From a virus, in IMG/VR virus record IMGVR_UViG_3300045988_101018, positions 32,001-96,000 of that record: DNA of 64,000 nt, one strand, 5' to 3'. This document shows, piece after piece, positions 56,702 through 64,000 of this stretch. The notes beneath the pieces are model-generated. The model worked only from the letters and a program-made list of their open reading frames with translations. It searched no databases and was not told the origin of the DNA. Each line of letters opens with the position of its first letter. The stretch's first letter is position 1. The position numbers and the translations under genes are program-made.

Positions 56702-56971
56702 TTAGCGCACTTTCTTGTCAATATCGTACCACGCCGCGATATATCGACCGTCTGGCTCATTATACTGGATAGACTCGCTAAACTTATAAAGATATGCGTT
56801 AATAGGGCTATCCATAGACACATACGCCGCTTCATTCCAGATTACACGGTCAACTAAATCAAGCGCATCCTCGGCGTGCGTGAAATAATATATTCGCTGC
56901 TCCTGCTCATACCAAGGCTTATCCTCATCCTCGACTGTCCACCAATCAAATACAACTTTATATATAGCCAT
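56702..56971 (-). CDS. hypothetical protein
   Basis: 89-aa ORF. Confidence 0.35.
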   Translation of the reverse strand: MAIYKVVFDWWTVEDEDKPWYEQEQRIYYFTHAEDALDLVDRVIWNEAAYVSMDSPINAYLYKFSESIQYNEPDGRYIAAWYDIDKKVR

Positions 56972-57256
56972 ATCAATTCCCTTCTATGAATCCTCTAACA
57001 TCTTCAATGCGTTTGGCATCTCGGCAATGGTGTCTTCAATCACATTGCCAACAACCAAGCCCTTAAGCTTATTATCAACCGAATCCTTAAGTTTAAACTT
57101 AAACTTCTTCATCCAATAATCTTCAATTGCCGCAGTGACTCAATTGTACATAGTCCACTCTGGCTCATCGCAGCCTTCCATGTGGTGAAGACAATAGGTA
57201 TAGAACGTTTCGATATCTCCATCTACGTCAAACCATGTTAAATCCAACGCCATAAT

Positions 57257-57529
57257 CTACACCTCCTTCTTTAACCACTTACGGAACTCGCCTGAACAAT
57301 CATCACATAAGTCAAGTCTATCTTCTATACTATCCCATAGGCAAAACCTATCAAACAATATACATGTATGATGATAAAACCTTTTACCTACATTGTATGG
57401 TACTTCCTTGCCACACCTATCGCAGATTATAGTGCTTTTCTTACTCATCATAACCATCTTCTTCATACCATTTATCCAAAACATCATTATGCTCTTCTGA
57501 CATGAATGAATAAAAGGTACATGAATCAA
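57257..57529 (-). CDS. small zinc-ribbon-like protein (true start probably at M-S-K-K ~57450)
   Basis: C-D-R-C-G-K ... C-D-D-C-S. Confidence 0.35.
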   Translation of the reverse strand: MIHVPFIHSCQKSIMMFWINGMKKMVMMSKKSTIICDRCGKEVPYNVGKRFYHHTCILFDRFCLWDSIEDRLDLCDDCSGEFRKWLKKEV

Positions 57530-57734
57530 GTCCGTCTAGGTCGTTATCAAAACCTATGCTCCACAGCTCATCGACATACGGTTTGCATCTATCGCACTGA
57601 TGAAACGTATACATCTCATTATAACAGACTAGATTCTGAGCTTCGTACTCTTCACCGATTTCAATCTTCTTGCCGCACATATCACACTTATGCGGCTTGC
57701 GAGCCTTCACGCGGTCAATGCTTACAATTTCCAT
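57441..57734 (-). CDS. small zinc-ribbon-like protein
   Basis: C-D-M-C-G-K ... C-D-R-C-K. Confidence 0.35.
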   Translation of the reverse strand: MEIVSIDRVKARKPHKCDMCGKKIEIGEEYEAQNLVCYNEMYTFHQCDRCKPYVDELWSIGFDNDLDGLDSCTFYSFMSEEHNDVLDKWYEEDGYDE

Positions 57735-57750
57735 TATCGCACCGCTCTAT

Positions 57751-57960
57751 TTATTGCATATATTTCTTTCGGAACTCTATGATATCGTGCATTTCTTTGT
57801 GCATTTTTCGAAACATACGCAGCTCATCGTCTCGAAACCCACCGTATGATGAAGCGTCTGAGATATCCATAAATTCATCTACAATGCCCATCATATAATA
57901 TGTCATTTCCATAAACTGCTGAATATCATCTTTAATATAACTACCAGTCATATACAACAT
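57751..57960 (-). CDS. hypothetical small protein
   Basis: ORF only. Confidence 0.3.
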   Translation of the reverse strand: MLYMTGSYIKDDIQQFMEMTYYMMGIVDEFMDISDASSYGGFRDDELRMFRKMHKEMHDIIEFRKKYMQ

Positions 57961-57962
57961 CC

Positions 57963-58280
57963 TTAATATAGTTCAAAAGAAGCACACGCATCGTCTTCGC
58001 CACTAAAATAATCACAGCATTCAATGCAATATCCCATGTCGGTTGCACAGATATCATCTGGAATCTTTGCGAACATCGAACACTGCTTACACTTCTTGTC
58101 GATGTAACCTTCATCGCTATTCCACGGTGCGTAGGAATCTTGTTCCCAAGTGTAGTCTGGATAGTTACTCATACTTATAACCCATTTCATTCCAATGATA
58201 ATAGTCGGCAAGGAAGTCATACAAATCATCAACTGTCTTGATGACATAGTGCTCAACCTCATTGCCATACTCGCCGACAC
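57963..58280 (-). CDS. hypothetical Cys-rich protein
   Basis: C-K-Q-C ... C-I-E-C-C. Confidence 0.3.
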   Translation of the reverse strand: MSASMAMRLSTMSSRQLMICMTSLPTIIIGMKWVISMSNYPDYTWEQDSYAPWNSDEGYIDKKCKQCSMFAKIPDDICATDMGYCIECCDYFSGEDDACASFELY

Positions 58281-58476
58281 TTACAGTATTGTTCACTTCA
58301 CCATATCGAGTCGTATTGATATACCATGCAACCCACTCATATTTATCACCAACAGAATCTACAAGCGTTTGGATTAGCGAGTTTTTAACGTAGCACTTAT
58401 GACCATACTGATGATAGAAGTTCTCAACTTCTTTAATTGAATTCACTGCGGAAACAAAATCTTTTTTCGTAATCAT
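58165..58476 (-). CDS. hypothetical protein
   Basis: ORF only. Overlaps the previous ORF, so one of the two starts is probably wrong. Confidence 0.3.
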   Translation of the reverse strand: MITKKDFVSAVNSIKEVENFYHQYGHKCYVKNSLIQTLVDSVGDKYEWVAWYINTTRYGEVNNTVSVGEYGNEVEHYVIKTVDDLYDFLADYYHWNEMGYKYE

Positions 58477-58694
58477 TTCTGCCCCTTATTGTCTGGATAC
58501 AGCTTAAAAAAGTCTACATGCGACCCAACGTCATAGACTGCCGCACCATCATCGTCTTGCCAAACGCGGGTATAATAAATGTGAAAGTCTCGTTCTCTAC
58601 AGAATTTTTTAATTTCAGAATATGCATCGTCAGCCGTTGCAACATCTGCAATAGTTCGCTCATGTCCTTGACTGTTCTGAAATACGAGCTTCAT
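58473..58694 (-). CDS. hypothetical small protein
   Basis: ORF only. Confidence 0.3.
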   Translation of the reverse strand: MKLVFQNSQGHERTIADVATADDAYSEIKKFCRERDFHIYYTRVWQDDDGAAVYDVGSHVDFFKLYPDNKGQK

Positions 58695-58702
58695 TGTCTA
58701 CC

Positions 58703-59788
58703 TCATTTCTTCTTAAGACCATTTAAATACTTTCGATGCTCTGACTCATCATACTTAACTCGATGCTTGATAAGAAAATTATACACCTTATTTTCTGCAT
58801 CGGCGGGAGCATCCTTGTCCCCGAGTAAATTCCATCGATCCTTCACATATGACACACTTTTGTGAAGATGCAATTGCTCACATATATATCGCACTTCTTC
58901 TATCGGAACGTCATTATCAAGAGCAACAATAATTTCATCAACATTTAACTTTAAGATAATTTGTTTTTGCTTTTCACTTAGCTTCTTTCCTTGAAGCGCA
59001 ACGCAAGTTCCGTCATTGCGCGAATATCTCTTTAATACAGATTTCTCAGACTCACAAATAACTATAACTTTCTTGCGTTCAATCTCTTCTTTGTTTTCCC
59101 AAAGTCCATAAAGATTAAGATTTTTCTTATATGAAGGTGTCAGGAAATATTTACGGATTCCTAGCTCTTCATAATTTTCAACAGTAGTTCTTTGATTAAA
59201 CCCAACTAGCTCACCATCTTCCCAATATCTAATGGGAATAACTACACGATGATATTTATATGAATACGCCAACCCAAACTTCTTAGCAGCCCAAGGCATA
59301 ATGCCTTCTCGCAACCAATCAATATAAAGCAAAGGAACGTAATCATTGATAGCTTCTTCTTTGATAGCCTGTATCTCTGATACGTCTGCTATATTTCTAT
59401 GTCTATTGCGCCTATTACGTTTATTAATAGCATTCTTAAATACAGCAAGCGGGTCTTTCTTTTCTTCTTTTTTATACGGCGTTGATTCAAGTCCAAGAAT
59501 GTTATGAAGATATTTAACAGCATCTACAAATGAACACTTCTTATTGTATTGGACAAGAGAAATAATATCTGACATATCACCAAATTCATTCTCTCTAGTC
59601 CAATTATGTATTAATAAATATTTTGTATTATATACATTAATTGCGCTAGCGTTGTCACCATTGTAATTAGCTGCACTGTAGAAATTTTTAGAGGAGTGAT
59701 ACTTAATTGACTTACAACCAATTTTCTCTAGAACAAATTCAACCTTATTATTATTGAAGATATATTTCTTCAAAGAAGCTGCATCCAT
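58703..59788 (-). CDS. DNA primase (TOPRIM domain)
   Basis: VIVICESEKSV ... IIVALDNDV (E and D-x-D of TOPRIM). Adjacent to the DnaB-like helicase. Confidence 0.55.
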   Translation of the reverse strand: MDAASLKKYIFNNNKVEFVLEKIGCKSIKYHSSKNFYSAANYNGDNASAINVYNTKYLLIHNWTRENEFGDMSDIISLVQYNKKCSFVDAVKYLHNILGLESTPYKKEEKKDPLAVFKNAINKRNRRNRHRNIADVSEIQAIKEEAINDYVPLLYIDWLREGIMPWAAKKFGLAYSYKYHRVVIPIRYWEDGELVGFNQRTTVENYEELGIRKYFLTPSYKKNLNLYGLWENKEEIERKKVIVICESEKSVLKRYSRNDGTCVALQGKKLSEKQKQIILKLNVDEIIVALDNDVPIEEVRYICEQLHLHKSVSYVKDRWNLLGDKDAPADAENKVYNFLIKHRVKYDESEHRKYLNGLKKK

Positions 59789-59862
59789 CTAAATATCACT
59801 CCTTTCACGTTTAGTCACTTATTAAAGTATAGCACTATTTGCATATAACGTTAATAGAAAAA

Positions 59863-61350
59863 TTAATAATCTACTGCTACAGTTGTATATCCAATGTCTT
59901 CATATCTATTGATTGAGAAGTCCGCTTCACTAACAATCTGAATATCGCTTTGACCAAAACGATTCTTACTTAAAAAAGTAATCATATAATGTTCGCCTTT
60001 TTCAAGTTTAAATGGAATGGTCGTAGCACTATTCTCTGTTGGCTTCTTCCAGCAATATAGTTCTTCTTTTTCATCTTTGAACTCAGATGGTAGCGGCCTT
60101 CTAAAGAACATATTAACACTGAATACATCAAGAATGCCCTTTGACACGCCAATATCGGCATTAGTAAGGTATTTACTCTTATTCTTTACAAGCTGATATG
60201 TGATAATCATGCACGTATTGGTATGCTTAATGCGGTCATAAAAATCAACACAGTCAGTCATTAACGATTTCCACGACTCTTGATTACGAGAGTCATAACT
60301 TTCTTTCAGTGTATCAAGAACTATAACGTCAATACCCATCCTTGTATATTTCTTAATAAGCTTGATTACCGTCCTTGCAGTATATTGCTCAAGAGGAATA
60401 ATTGTAATGTTGTGATTGTCTTTCTGACTTTCAAACCATTCAGATGCTTTATAAAGAGCTTCTTTTGTTTCTTTGTCAAAACCACCATCACGAAGAACAC
60501 GCTTCTGAACTGGATGTTTTAATACATTTGTACAATACCAGACAAGCGCTTCTTTTTTAAACTTGTTTTGATCTTCCTCATTGATAATAAATAAAGCCTT
60601 AAGATTATATTTTATCATAGAAGGAAAAACATAATTAATGCTCAAGGTACTCTTACCAACGCCGCTACTGGCACCCATGCCAATGATATTTCCTCCTAGC
60701 ATACCACCAGTTTCCTTGTTAAGAATTGAACAATTTGCAAACGGAATGCCAACATTCATTCCCTCATCAAGCTCATCAACAAGCTCTCGCATACCTTCAA
60801 AGCCATTATATGATTTAACATTGTTGTCAATGTTAGCAAAAATATCATTAAGATATACCGTATATTCAGCATAAATCTCGTCTGCTGACATATCACATAA
60901 TTCGCTAATACGTTTTTTATCACAAGGGAATCCGCACTTAATAAGCTTGATTACAACATTCCACTTTCTAAGATCAGTTACATAACCATCAAAGTTTCCA
61001 GTATCGATATATGCATCAGAATCTTCAATAGTTTGATAGCCGCCATATTCATCGTATTTCTTAGAGAGCTTTGGATGTTTCTCAAGATAAAGAGCCACCG
61101 TAACATCGGTAAGAACGGTCTTCTTTTCGTTGATAATTAGGTCACGAGCAATCTCAAAATATACGCGCCATGCATTATTGTGAAACTCATTAATATCTAG
61201 ATTGCTTTCAATAAGAAAATCTGGTTGCTTATAAATCATTGGCACAATGGATGCTTCTGCACCAAGTTTATATTCTAGAACCTGCTCAGCAGCTTTCTTT
61301 TGTTGTTGCTCAAATGGGCTTAACTTAGTGTTTTTTTCTGCCATGCACAC
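59863..61350 (-). CDS. DnaB-family replicative helicase
   Basis: Walker A GMGASSGVGKST. RecA-like C-terminal domain and an N-terminal helical domain. Confidence 0.7.
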   Translation of the reverse strand: MCMAEKNTKLSPFEQQQKKAAEQVLEYKLGAEASIVPMIYKQPDFLIESNLDINEFHNNAWRVYFEIARDLIINEKKTVLTDVTVALYLEKHPKLSKKYDEYGGYQTIEDSDAYIDTGNFDGYVTDLRKWNVVIKLIKCGFPCDKKRISELCDMSADEIYAEYTVYLNDIFANIDNNVKSYNGFEGMRELVDELDEGMNVGIPFANCSILNKETGGMLGGNIIGMGASSGVGKSTLSINYVFPSMIKYNLKALFIINEEDQNKFKKEALVWYCTNVLKHPVQKRVLRDGGFDKETKEALYKASEWFESQKDNHNITIIPLEQYTARTVIKLIKKYTRMGIDVIVLDTLKESYDSRNQESWKSLMTDCVDFYDRIKHTNTCMIITYQLVKNKSKYLTNADIGVSKGILDVFSVNMFFRRPLPSEFKDEKEELYCWKKPTENSATTIPFKLEKGEHYMITFLSKNRFGQSDIQIVSEADFSINRYEDIGYTTVAVDY

Positions 61351-61360
61351 ACCACCTTTA

Positions 61361-61831
61361 TTACCACAAGTCAGAAAACTTATCTGTCTTTACAGTTTGT
61401 TTCTTAGGTTTATATTGTACATCTTTATATGCTGGTTCAATAGCAGAAGTTTTAATCGCTTCTTCTTTTGCTTTCTCTACATTCTTCATGCGCATATACA
61501 CTGTATTGATATTGTTCTCTACAATTCTCATAATATAGTTAAACTTACCGCATGTATCCTTAAAAGCAATACGCCCAACAGCACGTTGAATATCTGGCAT
61601 ACAATACTTAAATGTATTTAAAATAAGTTTATAAGAGTAATGCGCCTTGTCTTTAATCTTTTTATTTGCAATAGTCTTACCGTCAGCAAGACCTTTTAGT
61701 CTTAATACGATATAAGGCTCTAACGATTGGTTCTTATCGTAGCCCATTACTTTTGAACGCACATACTCATAAAGCTCGTCCCAATCTGCAAGCTCTTGCT
61801 CTGTCATTTTTTTCTTAGATGTCTTAGCCAC
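61361..61831 (-). CDS. hypothetical protein
   Basis: 156-aa ORF. Confidence 0.35.
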   Translation of the reverse strand: MAKTSKKKMTEQELADWDELYEYVRSKVMGYDKNQSLEPYIVLRLKGLADGKTIANKKIKDKAHYSYKLILNTFKYCMPDIQRAVGRIAFKDTCGKFNYIMRIVENNINTVYMRMKNVEKAKEEAIKTSAIEPAYKDVQYKPKKQTVKTDKFSDLW

Positions 61832-61895
61832 GGCGGAACCTCCTTATACAAAACTGCCCACGACTGTTATGTCATGGGCAGAACATTCAAGTCAA

Positions 61896-62492
61896 TTAAT
61901 TATCTAGCAAATTCAAGTCGATATACTTGTCTTTCCAATAAACAAAGTCTTTCCACTTTACATGCGGAATATTTTCGCCAGACCAGTTTGCAAAGCTCTG
62001 CCACTCTTTATTGCTCTTGTTGTAAGTTAAACCGATACAAAAACCGAATGTACCAACTCGAATATTTGGGAAAATCTTTGCAATCTCATCAGTTTCCTGA
62101 AAGCTGTTCAGCTTGCCGCAAATAGGACAATAACTTACATAAGTATCAGTCCATTTGCCAGCCACCTTATCATACGACTGAATAATTAAATTCTTATATT
62201 CATGTTTATGATTAGACTTCTTAGGCTTTTGCTTCTTCGTCTTCTTTAATGGCTCATTGGAAGCATCGTCTGAAATATACTCATACTTGTTTTTCAGGAA
62301 CTCTTGTTTAAGGTCGGAAGACATATAGGCTCCTTTCGCTGAAGTAACATTCCATGAAGATATGCTAGGAAAGAATAATGCCGTTCTTAGCCTTATTAAT
62401 CTTACGGCGTAGCTTGCGCATAATGCCAACATTCTCGGAGTTCTTACCCTTGCGGTTGAGTAGCATCTGATAACGCTGCTCCATGACCTCAA
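61896..62492 (-). CDS. hypothetical protein (start probably the internal Met at ~62328)
   Basis: ORF only. C-P-I-C-G-K. Confidence 0.35.
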   Translation of the reverse strand: MRSWSSVIRCYSTARVRTPRMLALCASYAVRLIRLRTALFFPSISSWNVTSAKGAYMSSDLKQEFLKNKYEYISDDASNEPLKKTKKQKPKKSNHKHEYKNLIIQSYDKVAGKWTDTYVSYCPICGKLNSFQETDEIAKIFPNIRVGTFGFCIGLTYNKSNKEWQSFANWSGENIPHVKWKDFVYWKDKYIDLNLLDN

Positions 62493-62586
62493 TAGACTGT
62501 GCCATAATCAAACCTTTCTTTAGTACGTACAACCATGCTACATTTTTCTATATTTTGTAGCACGGTTGTACATTATATCAGAATTA

Positions 62587-63741
62587 CTAAGAAATTAGAG
62601 CGAGAATCTTGTTTGCGTCCTCGATATTGTCAATAGACTTGGGGTTGTCATACCCAAGATTCTTGACGGCTGCAAGAACTGGCTTAATCTTTGCAATGTC
62701 AGACTTGTTCTCAGTAAAGAAATCAACAATCTGAGCAACTACATCATCCACAGCAGCCTGAGACTTAGCCTGCTCTTCCTGCTCGGCAACGCGCTTCTCA
62801 AGCTCCTTCTCCTGCTTAGCCTGCTTCTTCTTAGCTGTATCAAGTGACACGCCAGACTTAGACTGCTCAGACTTGATTGCGTCTGTAAGCGCCTGAATAA
62901 ATGCATCTGCATTCATATCAATCTCTGGAATGATATTAGCAAAACGAGAACCAGAATCAACAGCGTAGTTATCGTCACGGAACTTAATCTTGCGCGACTC
63001 TGACGCGACCTTGTTTACAGTCTCGTCCTTCTTTGTCACAGCGTTCTTGCGCCCAGTCTTCTCCTTGATAACATCACGGTCAATGTATGCTAGACCAAGG
63101 AAGTGTAGATTCTTCTTAAGCGCGTTAAAATAATTCTGCTGCTGATCTGAAGTAAGAATCTGATAAGACTCACCAGAGACTACATCAGAAATCTCTTTCG
63201 TCTTAACATGCCCGATGATAATAGAAGCAACTCCAACATTACGAAGTCGAGCCATCATATCAAACATAATCTCAATGGCCTTTTTCTCACCGCGACCATA
63301 GCCAGACCACGCCTGATTAATGCTCTTTACACACTTCTCGGCATGTCCGCTATTGCGGCACTCCTTGTTCCACATATCGATTGACTTCTGTTCCGCAATG
63401 TCAATCAGGTGGTCATATGTATCGAAAATTACCGCCTTAAGATTGGGATACTCGCTAGTCTTATTCTCGATAATATCCTCACAAACATCAGCTAGACCAG
63501 CGCTGTTTGTAAGCTCATCATAATCCATATCCCACTCAGGACAGTTAATATAGTTAATTCCCTGAATGGCATCGGCTCCTCGCTCAGTGCCACATTCTAG
63601 GAACAGATAGCCGTCATCGCCTGCAAGCTTCTCACAAACCTCTTTCATAAGGGTAGTCTTACCAACTTTAGACTCGCCAAGAAGACAAATGTTATATGCA
63701 AGAGGGTCTAAACGCACATTATTTTTTTTACCAAACGCCAT
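62587..63741 (-). CDS. RecA-fold ATPase (Sak4/AAA_24-like) with a C-terminal coiled-coil extension
   Basis: Walker A LLGESKVGKTT, Walker B AVIFDTYD, and a Lys/Glu-rich C-terminal ~90 aa. Confidence 0.5.
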   Translation of the reverse strand: MAFGKKNNVRLDPLAYNICLLGESKVGKTTLMKEVCEKLAGDDGYLFLECGTERGADAIQGINYINCPEWDMDYDELTNSAGLADVCEDIIENKTSEYPNLKAVIFDTYDHLIDIAEQKSIDMWNKECRNSGHAEKCVKSINQAWSGYGRGEKKAIEIMFDMMARLRNVGVASIIIGHVKTKEISDVVSGESYQILTSDQQQNYFNALKKNLHFLGLAYIDRDVIKEKTGRKNAVTKKDETVNKVASESRKIKFRDDNYAVDSGSRFANIIPEIDMNADAFIQALTDAIKSEQSKSGVSLDTAKKKQAKQEKELEKRVAEQEEQAKSQAAVDDVVAQIVDFFTENKSDIAKIKPVLAAVKNLGYDNPKSIDNIEDANKILALIS

Positions 63742-63835
63742 ATGTATTCACCTTTCTAAGATGTTAATTGAGAATGAGCGGGAGAGTTCAAACTTATCTC
63801 TCCCGCATATAACCTTAATAGTATATATTGTTTAC

Positions 63836-64000
63836 AGGGAATCAAGCCAAGACATGTCCGAGTCATCTGAAGACTTCTCATCAGTATCAAATGGCGCATC
63901 CTCATCGCTACCAGTGTTAATTACAAGCTCATCCTCTTCATACTTATCATCAAAGATTTGGACAACAGGAGTCTTGTCATCGCCAACAAGCTTAATCACT
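63836..64000 (-). CDS. 3' end of a gene running off the window, with an acidic SSB-like C-terminal tail
   Basis: ...DEDAPFDTDEKSSDDSDMSWLDSL then TAA. The frame is open to the window end. Confidence 0.3.

Noticed and set aside
57257-58694. Calling the cluster of small Cys-rich ORFs as specific zinc-finger regulators.
   Set aside because: Only CxxC pairs are visible and overlapping ORF calls make the starts uncertain. They remain hypothetical.

Overview
This 64-kb window reads as a temperate, siphovirus-like phage or prophage from a low-GC anaerobic Gram-positive gut bacterium. The host guess is inferred from an anaerobic NrdD/NrdG pair, a Listeria-Bacteroides repeat protein and an endolysin with peptidoglycan-binding repeats. 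The plus strand from 1 to about 35,000 carries tail and host-recognition genes. These are a 5'-partial tape-measure gene with 63-bp tandem repeats, Dit/Tal-like genes, a holin/endolysin cassette, a 2382-aa giant fibre/adhesin gene, a coiled-coil fibre gene and two paralogous His-box fibre genes. The minus strand from about 35,700 to 64,000 carries an integration and replication module. It holds a phage-type tyrosine integrase with TACGCAA arm-type repeats, a ThyX-like protein, dUTPase, NrdG, an HNH endonuclease, NrdD, a RecD-like helicase, a DnaE-type Pol III alpha, a PD-(D/E)XK nuclease, an amber-interrupted C5-cytosine methyltransferase, a TOPRIM primase, a DnaB-like helicase and a Sak4-like ATPase. 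The main finding lies at 25,675-31,005. It appears to be a multi-cassette DNA-inversion shufflon. A 13-bp site, TGGGATACGGAAT, occurs 13 times, in both orientations and always in-frame, where it encodes the tripeptide S-V-S. One copy sits inside a small expressed gene (25675..26118) directly after a 56-aa constant N-terminus. Twelve further promoterless, start-less C-terminal cassettes of 80-115 codons follow on alternating strands, and each begins at a copy of the site. A short tyrosine recombinase gene (30109..31005) ends 6 bp from the last site. On the minus-strand copies the site's reverse complement carries a TAG stop, which closes the preceding cassette and lets cassettes pack head to tail. 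The arrangement is logically equivalent to the Rci/PilV shufflon of IncI plasmids, here apparently driving 13-way C-terminal variation of a phage virion-tip protein. No searches or tools were run, and coordinates may be off by 1-2 nt in places.
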